This document shows, one piece after another, positions 30,490-42,330 of a stretch of DNA of 64,000 bases (the first letter of the stretch is position 1; each line of letters begins with the position of its first letter). Source of the DNA: Hamiltosporidium tvaerminnensis FI-OER-3-3. Taxonomy: Eukaryota > Fungi > Microsporidia. Location of the stretch: positions 1,112,230 to 1,176,229 of the forward strand of contig CM061250.1 in assembly GCA_022605425.2 (NCBI GenBank), in the 5' to 3' direction. Position numbers and translations under genes: made by a program. The notes beneath the pieces were generated by a model that was not told the origin of the DNA, ran no database searches, and worked only from the letters and a program-made list of their open reading frames with translations.

Positions 30490-32200
30490 AAAATAATTAA
30501 ATATAGGTTTCCCCTTATTAAAATTTCTTAGAAGGAGTATATATACCAAGAATAAAGAAAACTATCAGAAAGATAATAGTAGAAAATTAGTTTGGCAAAA
30601 TTTTATTTTGATGGATCTTAAATGGTTTCATATATCGAAATTTTTATTCAAATATTTCATACTTAACAATTTCTTCCATTTAATTTCCATTTAAATTTAT
30701 ATTTACTTTCAGAAACTTGTTGATAAATACTTTTTTTCTGTTTCTTAATTCTATGAATAATTTTTTTGTTTTTGCTATTTCAGTTTTTAAATTCTGATTA
30801 TATATTAGGACGTTATGAATTAAATAAAAATTACAAGTAAGTTAAGATAAATTATTTACCCTTATACATTGAAAAATTTAAATTTTTGTTATTTTGTTGG
30901 AAAATTACATTTAAATGATTTTATAGATCTAGTTAGAGGTTTTTATGAGAATTAGAAATTTTTTGAGATATTTAAAAGATTTTACAAACACCGAACAGAT
31001 AAAACGTTTCAAAATATAAGTCTTTAGCAGAAAAACATAATTTAAAAAATTAGAATTAAAAAATGATAAACTGTATTAGTAATCATAAATGATGTTGAAT
31101 TACTAAAATAATATTATAATGCTACAATGAGGGATTCTAAAACAAGAAAATTAAAAGGTAAAATTGCCCAAACCCCTTACTTGTTTTTAACATTTATGCT
31201 TTCACTTGGCATTAAATAAAATAAAATAAATTTTTCTAAAAATAATTTCTTTATATTTTTTAAAAACTTCTACCCTACGTTTCTTCAATCAAAATCTATT
31301 TTTTATCGAAAAAAGAAATGAAGCTGTAAATCAGAAAATATGAACAGAAAAGATGATAATAGATTTAATAACAGCAACAGTGATAGTTTATGATGTTTGA
31401 TTTGTTTTCAAAATCCCAATGAATTACTCATAAAATGAATTTTTTGGTAAAAGTTGTTTTCAATAATAGAAAAATTATGAGAAAGTGAAATATATTAAGG
31501 CACTTTTAGATATCTAGCACAACGCCTCAAACTTATTATAAAACAAATGATTGGGAATTTTAGTTTGATTTGATTATATTATTTTGAAATCCATTTTTAT
31601 GGAAAAGGAGGTTTCTATCTTAAGAGTTCCTTTTCTTTTTAATTTGAACAAAATTTTTCTTTTTACGATTTTGATAAAAAAAAAGAAGAGGTACTGGGTG
31701 GTATGTAAGTTAATGATATATATTTGGTTAACTAGATAAAATTTGTTCTAGGGGTTTATGGAGAGTGTGTTTGGAAGTGGTTGAATGATTTTGGATTGTA
31801 TTTTGACAGTATACTTACCTATTTGTAATTCGGCTACAACGGAGCACAAATAGAATTTTTTTTAGTCTAATTGTAAAATATAAAAGTTTTCAGGGTGTGA
31901 CTTCTCGAAGTAATGAATTTCCCCAAATTGAATTCCAGAAAAGAATACTTCTATGTTTCTATAGATAAGAAAAAGATATAAAGTTTTTATTGAACTAGAT
32001 ATATTTTTTAAAACTGCTTGAAATATAGATATTATCATAAATTTGAATTAAAATAACTTATGGGATATATTTAGAATATCATAATTGTAGAATTGCAGTA
32101 AATTACTTCGGATTCTATTGAAATAAGTTTTAGAACAAGAAGAAATATTCGTTTGTTTCATAAGGAAGAAATTTTAAAGAAATTAAATGATTTACAATAA
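30490..32200 (+). pseudogene. Family B copy 1, unknown product
   Basis: Colinear with 52450-54130 (AATTCTGATTATATATTAG, GCACAACGCC, AAAAAAAGAAGAGGTA, TTCGGCTACAAC). The strand is inferred from purine skew; it is convergent with A copy 5. Confidence 0.5.
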
Positions 32201-32229
32201 ATAAAAAAATAAAATATTTTAAAATTGGT

Positions 32230-34437
32230 TTATAATATCTACTTTGTATTTATATATATAAAAAAAAGAATATAATTTTTTTAAATTAAATTTTGCACTT
32301 CTTTGTTCTATTAAACACTTCTATTTGTTATCAGCTCCCATCTAATTTAAATATTTCTATTTTTTGCAATTAGTAATTTATATTTCTTGGTTTAATATCT
32401 AAGGTATGTTTTATAAATTTGCTATTCTAAAAACATAAACCTTAAATGGGTAAATATATTTCTTGGTGTCATAAATTTAATTCGAAATAATCCATCAAAT
32501 AATATTTTATTTTGTTATAAATATAGTACTCTATTTTCTCAAAAAGTACAATCGATCTTTATAATAGAAGTGTTATAGAAAATTCATAATATATTCAATG
32601 TGTGCCCAGTAAGGTATATCTTAAAGTATATAACTGTTACTTAATTCTAGAATAAATATAGCTTAGGAATAACCCATTTGTTCGACAAGAGTAAATCACT
32701 TTTTAAAACGTAAACTCGTTTATATATCATCAAGATTTCATGTGTAGTTATATATAAAATACAAGAGATAGTTTGAGACATAAAGTATTATTTTTAATGA
32801 TTAAATATAGTAATTGAATTTAATGAAAGTTTTTTTTTTAAAACTTAACTAATATTTTATAGATTTCTTTATCGTATAGTTATTTACTCCAAAAATTTGC
32901 TAATAAATAAATCTGTATATGAAGGTAACCATTTGTATTTCAGATTATGTAAAAGTATTTCTGATATCATTAAAATTATTTATAGATGTATACTAAGTGC
33001 TCTAATTTAATTTTCTGGTTAAATCCGACTTGGAAAAAATCGCTTGAGTTCTTACACATTGCCTTTTATATTCTATAGGAGCTAAATATTAAAAAAATCT
33101 TACATACTCTTTTCATGATACAAATCAGATTAGGTAGTTTAAAAAGTATAAATTTGCTGCAAATTTTTTGGAACCTATATTGTACTTGATTGTGGAACTT
33201 GTTTCTTTCGTTTAATTATGTGTAACCTTTATACAGTTGGTTAGGTAATAGAAGTTTAATGATAAGATAGTGCTAAGTCACATGTATACGATTCCAGATG
33301 ATAAAAAATCCAAGATTGTTCCTACATATTGAAGTTTTGACCTACCAATTGTGCTTCTTTTTATATTTTAAGTCTTGAAATCTTAATTTTATAATATGAT
33401 ATTTGAACCAACAAACCCAATCAAAAATTTTATTTAGTGAATTAGAATAAACGTCTACTTTAATAAACATACTTGATTTTGTACTTATTACAGTATAATA
33501 TTCATCTATAAATACATTTTGAAATAAATGTATCTTTGATTCTATTATATTACTTTATTCAAATTAATTTCCAAAAAGTTTGAAAATAAATTCTTAGCTT
33601 TACATATAAACAAGAAATATTATTTATATTAGTTATATGGAAAAAACTAGTATTTAATTTAGTTTTAAATGAACAACTTTGTTTAAGGTTTATCTACTTT
33701 TAAAATAAACTTGAAATATCAGGTAAAATATTTTTTGTATTATATGCACGACTGTATAAACAAATTTAACACCCAAAACTAGACAAATTTAAACTATTTT
33801 AAGGATTAGTTGTAGAATTTGTTTAAACAAAAGAAATAGGGTTAAGAAAATTAAAATTTACAAATACTTAATGTAAAAACTTTTATTTAAATTTGCTTTC
33901 AGTATATAATTGGTATATAAACACATTTTTCGAAAGAGATTCTATCGTACTATATTTTTATTTGAATCTATTTTGTATATCTTACTGTATACTATATATT
34001 TCCAAAAAAAAGACTTAACATTATTAAAAACAATCAATATACTTATAATAAAAATAATTTATGTCAGCACAATAAGACTACATAGTGAAAAACAAAGGAT
34101 TTTTTTATATGGATATATTAAGGTGAACTACATATTGAGTTAATTTATATGGTTTATAGTCATATGAATAAAAAATTAATGTCTGTATAGATTGAGAGAA
34201 TATCACATTAATATTGACACTAGCAATAATATTACACAACTCCTAAATTTTCGTAAAAGTAGTATAAATAAAATTCAAATACCCTTTTCACTTGTATATA
34301 TTTCTTTCATATTATATTTGTATTTTTTTTGTGCTAAAGGAGCAATGCATACATAATACCTAACGATACCTGGCAGTTTGCTCAATTTTCGAGAAAGTAT
34401 CTAATATGAGGTTATATAGAAATCCAGAGGTACGCAT
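32230..34437 (-). pseudogene. Family A copy 5 (long form A', upstream cassette missing)
   Basis: ATG at 34437 with GGG 4 nt upstream (MRTSGFLYNLIL). Paralogous to copy 4. Upstream homology stops at ~34455. Confidence 0.62.
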
Positions 34438-34499
34438 AAATCCCATATATGATTTAATAGAACAATTTAAATTTAATTTTATATTTATATATCATAACA

Positions 34500-36106
34500 T
34501 ATTTCCTTCCATGGATGTAATAAAAGCCAATTAGATATATTTGAATATAAATTTATCAGCTTCAATTAAGTGTTAACACAAATACATCTAGCTTTTGGGA
34601 ATAAATAAAAAAATATTTTAAGCTCTACTTTTTTTAAGAGGTTCTTCATTACAGTGTTAATTTAAAAAAATGGTTTCAAAAATATATTTTTGTCAAATAT
34701 TTATCCTGTAACATTTGAAACAGACTCGAAGTTTATAAATTAATGAAAATAATTATCTTTCGTGACATAAAAAAATCGTAATATAAATAAAAAATATTAT
34801 AAACCTAAGCAAAAATATATATTAAGAATGCGAGATATATATGAAAAGTCTTAATTCATATACCATATCTTATTTAAACCCTGATTTATTTGTAATTTTC
34901 AAAAGGAAAGACTTATTTCTAAAATGTAATGAATTATTAAGACTTCTGCTTAATATTCTGATTTAAATACTTATATATCAAATGGTTGTACTTGTATTTA
35001 AAAAGCTTTGTATGATTTCCAACATGATACATCTCTTCTTTTTACAGCTATACAGTATAAGATAAATAGACTTTACAAAAATACCAAAATGAAAATTTTT
35101 ATGCTTTTAAATAACAAATTGAAGTATTAAAAGATAGGTCTTAAAAATCGAATTATGTTTATAATAACTCTAAGGTAATCTATTTACTTTTTGTTCTCTA
35201 CTAGATCTCATTTAAGATCAGAATAAGAATTATTTAAAAAATTTTCAAATAAATAAGAAAACTGTGTGACACTGAAAATGATTAAAAAATAAAGTAGATG
35301 CAGGGTGTCAAACCACTGAGATTTTTTATTTTAGTTCCATAGATATGCGTTCTTGTATAAAAGTTGTTTTATTTGTAGCTTGCAATGGTTATATGGCCCA
35401 AACAGCTATGTTTTTGTGTTAAGTGAACATGTGGTAGCAAATAAATACCAATATATTATAATTTAGTAGATTTCGTTATTTTTCGGATGAATTTCTTAAT
35501 AAATGTGTAAGCCCATTATTTATTTTTTATTTTAACTTTGAAATTTCTATTTCTATTTTATATTAGCTCTTATGTAATTACTTATAGTTTACTAGTATAC
35601 AATTTTCTCACTACATGTATGTAATAAATTTTTATATAACAAAGACTACTGATAAGCTGGAGCATCACCTTAATATTTTTGTGCTCTATTATAAGCTAGA
35701 AATTCTAAAAAATAAATGAAATGTTTCTAAAATGCAAAAAGATATTAATTTTCAAAGAAAAATCTAGAAAATTTATTGAAATAAAAAATAAGTTCAAATA
35801 TACAATTGCACATACGTCTAAGGTTAAAATAGTTGTTTTTTCAAATCCTTAGAAATATATATTTAAAATAGATAATGAAATTTCAAAACTACGGATGTGC
35901 AAAAATTTATTTAGTATACAAAAAAAATTATTTATTCTTATTTCTAACAAATCTATTAATGTTTTAAAATGATGCTAAATTATGATGGGCAAAAATCCAA
36001 AATTGATCAAACAAGTAAAAATCGAAAATCGAAAAGTTGGATTTGAAGTGGTTTTGAATGATTATTGGGTATAACACATAATTCAAAAAGAAAACATCTC
36101 AATCAT
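34500..36106 (-). pseudogene. Family D copy 2
   Basis: Paralogue of 3050-4673, wedged between A copy 5 and the A copy 2 module. Confidence 0.52.
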
Positions 36107-36279
36107 TGAGCCTACACCAGACTCATATATCATAAAGAACAGATAGGTTCTTTCTACGTTTATAAAAATAGTTCAGGCTAATTGATAAGAATAACGTTTT
36201 GAGTTCCAAAGTAAATATAGGTAATTGATTTTTAAAAAGTTTGGGTTATGAACCACAGCACATTATTTTAACCTTTTTT

Positions 36280-37818
36280 ATAGTTATGATATATATCTTT
36301 ACTTCGAATCTTTTCAAATAGGCAATTGCGTCTCATATTTAGACTCTTTGCTTTAGAGTTATTGTATTTAGGTTAATGATATTGGTATGGCTTTCTACTA
36401 ATATATTATAAGTGAATTTTTTCACTTATTTAGTAGATCTGACTTTAACCAAGATCGGATGAGTTCTTTGATACTACCCTTTGGATCATAGTTGTAACAG
36501 ATGTAAATGGCTTTACCGATACACTTTTATAATCAAATCAGCTTAGGATGTTTAGAATATATAAATTCACCTTCGAATTTCTTGTAAAAATATTAGTTGA
36601 TTGGGGCACTTGTTTATACGGCTTCTACATTAGGAATATTCCTTATAAATAGAAGGAAGATATACTAGATTCTTAATAAGATGGTTCTAATTTAATTGTA
36701 GAAGATTGGTCGACATTAAAAACTCAGCCCTATTTATAGTTTTTGTAATTTTTAATAACAATTGCCTTTCTGTCTCTTTAAATAAGAAAAATAAAACTTT
36801 CGAATTGATAATCTAGAAATCCACAAACACTATTATAAAAATTTCAGTTGCTGAATCTTAATATAGGCTATTTTCCTAAAATTTATTTCCTTTTTAATCT
36901 TTATGATGTAATATCCACTTATAAATATATCTAGATATAAAAATATTATCAATATCTTCTAATTCAGATCATTATAGGTGTTTCTTCATCTTTGAAGATT
37001 TTTTCATCGGTGTAAAGCTCGATTAAGAAAATATACATTAAAAAATGAACTAAAAAATTAAGTTTAGACTAAACTATATATTTGTTAAAAATTCCCTATC
37101 TTAATAGTAAATTAAAATATTATTTAATTTTTTTTCTTTGAATTATTGTTTGTGTAAATCCGTATTGGTCCGAAGAAAATTAAAGATCTAGGAAAACTAT
37201 AAAAGAGATAACCCTACCATTTAAAATTTAGGTGTATTGTTTGTCTTTAAATAGGTAGATAAATTACGAACTTTAAAATAAACAAATAATTAATGTAGAA
37301 TTATCATGGAAATATATTTTTAATATAAAAATAGGCTAGAAAAAACAAATTTATTACTTTAAGAAATTTTGATATACAAAATTTTACGATTATATATAAT
37401 TATTTAGTTTTTTACAATAAAATAATTATATATAGCAATTTAAGTTAGTTAAATCTTACTAAAGAATAAAAATAAACTATTTATGTATAGGATCGATATA
37501 GTAAGAATAATCAAATCTTAAAATCATCTAATATAGATTTTTTGCATATTTATAAAAAATTAAAGACCGCATAAATTAAGATCTAAAAGAATATCAAATT
37601 TATTTTAAGAAAGGCAATATGATTACTTTTCTGATTTATTCACCTATAGGTAGTATATATAATGTTTAAATACTCTTTCACATGAAATCTTTATTTTACT
37701 TAGATTTATATTCTTGTCAAGTAAAATAAACAATAGAAATATAAAAATGTTTGGCAGTTTGTGAAATTAAACGAAAAGTGAATAGTATAAGGTTAAATAG
37801 AAATCAAAAGTTACGTAT
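36280..37818 (-). pseudogene. Family A copy 2 (short form)
   Basis: Colinear with copy 1. The start position reads ATA-CGT-AAC, with GGG a few bases upstream. Broken frame. Confidence 0.62.
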
Positions 37819-38295
37819 GAAATCCCTATACAATCAATGTTTCCATCAATATACTCAGGCTTTTTCACAACAATTTACAAAAATTTAATACGGCTATATT
37901 TAGGCTGAACACAACATATAATGAACAAGATTACAAAATCTTATTTTAAGATAATGAATAAGTTTTTTATAGCCCGAATGTTCTATATAATTATAAAAAA
38001 ACATCTAATACCTTATTCTAAAAAACTTCCAATTATGGTAAATTTTATAAGCTTGTTAGACTTAACACCTTAAAATCATATGAGAAGTAATACTACTAAA
38101 TTATATGTTATTTATAAACTATTTGAAATAAATACAAAAATTTTAATAGATGACTAAAAAATAAAATTAATTCCTCAAAAAAAAATAAAATTATACATTA
38201 GTTTGAAAAGGGTAACTCTAATCTCTAAATTAAAGATTAAATTAACCAGATTTGCTTTAGTTGAGAAAAAACTGTTTGCATGAGTGTCAAGTAAC
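37819..38295 (-). promoter_or_regulatory. Conserved family-A upstream cassette, copy 2 (CArG CCAATTATGG 38029-38038; MEF2-type CTATATTTAG 37894-37903)
   Basis: The 31-mer AAAAACTTCCAATTATGGTAAATTTTATAAG at 38021-38051 is identical to 56560-56590. Confidence 0.58.
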
Positions 38296-38499
38296 ATAGA
38301 AAATAGAAATGGATGTTAGATCTAAAAAATGATAGCATACTAAAGTGATTGTTAAAATAATAACTTAGTAGAATAATAATTTAAGCAAATTCACACAAAC
38401 AAAACAGGAAATAAAAAAATGGAAAAAAGCATATTAAAGAAGAAATATATTAGGAACCTAATAACAAACATTTAGACCACTAGAAAAATTATAAATACT

Positions 38500-41400
38500 T
38501 CACGCTTTAGCTTTATTTAAAACTCAAATCTCGTATTATTAAATAAATTAGACACGTTCCATGTTAGTAGAGCATGATACCAACATAAAAAATAGTAATT
38601 TTCAGTCTTTCTTTCTGAAGAAACGAATAACAGCGTCAAAATCATCCTATTTTGTCCTCTTACATATTCCATAAATGCCTTAAAGCCACAATTAGTAATT
38701 CTCTTTACATCATAATAACGCACGATGTTGATATCCTTGAATATTCTTTTGTTTCCCAGAAATCACGCTTATTTAAAATCCTTCAACATTTACTTAGGAA
38801 TCACTTTAGTATTATAGAAATAATATTGATATGTAGTTTTAATATAACAATAATTTTAGTATTATTTTCCATTAATTCCTTAAACATATTTTTATTTTTA
38901 TCGTAAATAAATATAAAGCCAAGGGAAAGAGTAGACGCACTGACCTTTGCTAAGTTGTTTCTATAGTAGTAGAGCATATGGAAAAATACTGGGTGTATTA
39001 TAAAATATCCTCAAACAGTACTTCAAGACATATCTCAATTATCTCCGTTGCTAAGAAAAACGTGTTATGAGCCAAGAAAATTAAGAATTGATAATCTAAT
39101 ATAGTCTAACATACCCAACATAGCCTTTCAACACGAGTTTAGAAGATTTTGCAGTTCTCTTCGACTATTTTTTACAGGAGACGTTTTGTAATACGATAGC
39201 AGCTTTTACAGACCCTTTTTTCTTGTTTTTCTGACAGTAAAATTTGTATCAACGCTTTTAAATAAAATTCATATCAAGATACTTGAAAAGGCATTGGTTT
39301 TCAACACTAATATTATTAATAAATATTTTAATCATATTTCAGCAATTATAAGAGTAGTTCTTTTCTTTCAAAATATATGCATTATTAGATGAAGGGCTTT
39401 GAATGCATCTGATATTCTTCTTAATCTGTTTCAAACTACTGCTAAAAAGCAAAACATCTTCTGCATAGCTAAATATATTATTCCTCAGCTGAGAAGAGAC
39501 ATAGAAAATCAACTAATCAAGAACAATATCGAACAAACTTAAGAATATCCCAGTTCTTTGCGGTAACTCGTTGCAAACCGTAGTAAATTTTGTTTTTCGA
39601 TTATACTTTATCAATGAATGTCTTTTATTCTGAAGTAATTCTGCAATCAATAGAGTATCCTTCGGAATAAACTCTTGATACAAAATAAGGTTCTTTTACA
39701 AACTTCTTTTTTGATCGTTTCATAGCTGATTTCATATTGATTGTTACGAAAAATATCACTACCACTTTCTAAAATATGTTCTATCCGGAGGCTATTGGTA
39801 AAGGTTATGTTATTCCGTGTGTAACTGGTTTTTTTCATTTATAAAACGAACCGGAATTTGTAAATATGCTCTTCTCAAACAATTTACAAGTTTTTTCATT
39901 AGTGCGAGATTCCCGTATAATTTATTTCTCCTTTTTATTGCTGTCACTGTATTTAGTTTTCACGCCTTTGGTACTTCTCGCAAAAAAATAAAATAATTAA
40001 AATAATTATTTAAATGAAGAAATATATATATGAACATGTTTATAAAAGTGCATTTTTCTCCTAAAATAACTCCAGACTTAATAGGCCGTAGTAGCTTTAT
40101 TTCCTTTTTCAAATTCAACATAAGATTATACTAACTAAACTATCCCCTTTATCTCTTTGATAATAATTAAGACTGTCATTAATTTTTTAACTGTATCTTT
40201 ATATAGTGTCAACAGAATAATAAATTGTTGTTACTCACAACTATCCCATAATCTTCGTATTTATTTACCAACACACGCGTTCCTTTCTTACTACTCTGAA
40301 CAACCTTACAAAACCAACGCGGTGTACGATTTGAATTCTAATATTAGAATTAGCTATATCTAAATAACTAATCTCCCTTTAATTTTTTCGATCAACTCTT
40401 AAATTTCTTTAGAATTTAAGTCAGTTATCATTCTCACAGCTCGTTCAGATTCTGATTAAATATGCTATGATAGGGTTGTGCAGTTTATGAGAAACTTGTC
40501 TTTTATTTGTAAACTCATCGATGCTTGAATTTAATATCACGCAATAATTTAAGTTTTTCTTTATTCGGTAATTAGTTCAACAGAAATTCATTTCTAGAAG
40601 TTCAAACTTAAATTTTATTGCTTAAAAGTTTTCTTAGCGTCTCATCTTTTAATTAGTTAGTATTAAACTTAGAATTTAATGTAAAATTAGCTTTATTCAA
40701 AAACACATTTATCAGTTCAATAAAAATTTTAATTTTATGAAGTTCCGGTCTTACCCTAAAGTTTGAAAAGTACATATGTTAAGGTAGAACATTATTCTAG
40801 TGCTTAAAAAGTAAAAGAATATATTTTCATTTCATAAGATCCAAAATCAGCGTGCTTTTAGAGAACAAATTGTTCGTATGCAACTGCATTATCCAGATTG
40901 TAGCCCCTTAGTTTTATATCTTCATATCAGCAATTTTCTTATCTTAGCCTTTCGTAAATGTACTGCATTATTTAAACGTGACTTGTAAATGAAAATTAGA
41001 ATATATTTTTGTACCTTGATACAAACACCGAATTTAGTCAAATCTTTAATTATACTATATTAAATTAATTTTTCCGATAACACCAACATTTCCTCAGAAT
41101 TAGAAAACCTGTTTATTTATTTTTTTCAGATTTCTTACAGGCAATTACCATATAATCTGGATTTTAATTTTCTAACGTATATCGCCACTTTTCAGCCAAT
41201 GCATCTATGCCAAAATTATTTACATCTAAAAATTATTTTTTTTTAACTTGTATATTATAAATACTACCAATATTTAAGAAACTAATTTTATTAATATTGT
41301 TTGACCCGAGCTAATATTACCGCTTCTTATATTAGCGTTTTCAAGAAACTCACAAGTTCTACCCTTGAAAATTGAAAAATCGCACTTAAATTTTTTTAAC

Positions 41401-42330
41401 TTTTTATTTCTATTTTTTTTATATTTCTATTTCGTTCAAAAATGTTTTCAATTCTTCCTTTTAGTGTAGTCAAATAAGGTTTCTTCTATTATCTGATCCA
41501 GGACTCTCTCTTAATAGGTGCGCGGTTAGTCTTTAAAAACATCAATACATCATTTTTAATTTTTTATTTATAGTAGGATCAAATGTTTTCTATGTCAGAA
41601 AATCTTAATTTATCACGTATTTTAATTTAATAATCAATGGATCTCAAAGATAGGCTTATATCAATGTTCTATTCCTTCTAATACCCTAAAGTATATAAAA
41701 ATATATTTATTGATTTGAAAAAAAGATTCCTAGCTAAAACTTGTGCGATCGCACCCTCGTGTAACTACTTTCGATTATATCCGTACCTTATTCTTCTCAT
41801 AGATTTTAGGTGCTTCTATTATTTATACAGCTTTTCCCACTGTCTTTTTAGTGATTTCTGGGTCTGTTACTTTTAGTGGCTCTTTTTTTCTTAAGTAACA
41901 CCTTGCAAATATTTTTCGCTTTCTCTCTGCTAAATGATCTTCATCAATTGCTGATATAAGATCGAAGATGATTTGGGTTTTTTTCCCGTACTTTTATTGC
42001 TCATTCCAAAGAAGCTTATTACGTACATAATAGTTTGGGTTTCATCAATTCTCACCTTTATCGTTTTGGATAGGAAAACCTTTGATTCCATTCCAGATCA
42101 CGAATTTTATTCTTGGTTTTTCTATTTCTTCGAAAGGTTTCGAACCTTTGAACTTTCCATATTAACTAATTTGCAGCGTACATATACTTCAAAACCTTTT
42201 TTTGATTCGAAACCGACGCTAAATCTTAGTAGTACTTAGAACCGGCAGGAATCATAACCTAAAAAGATTTCATGCATGCGCAGATTAAAATTTTTTGTAT
42301 CGTGATATCCATTTAACCGTAAACATATAT
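38500..42330 (-). mobile_element. Decayed near full-length non-LTR retrotransposon (LINE; APE-RT type, probable ORF1 upstream)
   Basis: RT motifs occur in the correct order on the minus strand, with stops and frameshifts: VPKA*K (39957-39974, ~PxxWK), NYTGI..CKLFEKSI (~39865-39922), FVTINMKSA/YETI (~39716-39752, ~FxDxKxAYD), NELPQRTGIFLSLFDIVLD (~39500-39572, ~GxPQG..LFxIxxD), YAEDVLLF (39444-39467, ~YADD), INNISVENQCLFKYLD (~39273-39323, ~FKYLG). Weaker APE-like traces lie at ~40740-41250, a CCHC-like tail at ~38570-38640 and AATAAA at 38513-38518. The 5' boundary and ORF1 are uncertain. Confidence 0.8.

Larger units (their letters stand above)
26870..34455. repeat. Segmental duplication, copy 1 (C - B - A' block)
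   Basis: Same order and orientation of C, B and A' as 49150-56375, offset ~22 kb. The C-B spacer is unrelated between the two copies. Confidence 0.85.

Noticed and set aside
36285-36851. A 189-codon plus-strand frame with no TGA, open if TAA/TAG encode Gln (ciliate/hexamitid code)
   Set aside because: The frame is not preserved in copies 1 and 3. TAA/TAG are expected antisense to Leu codons TTA/CTA of the minus-strand gene. TE remnants also need frameshifts, so recoding alone does not rescue ORFs.
39118-39135. RVERLC match to R4/Dong-type RTs inside the large LINE
   Set aside because: The spacing from FKYL looks too long and the other motifs fit an APE-type LINE. Treated as coincidence.
39957-39974. 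TGA at expected Trp positions in three TE remnants, suggesting TGA=Trp
   Set aside because: Other Trp positions keep TGG and one appears as TAG. G->A decay explains all of them.
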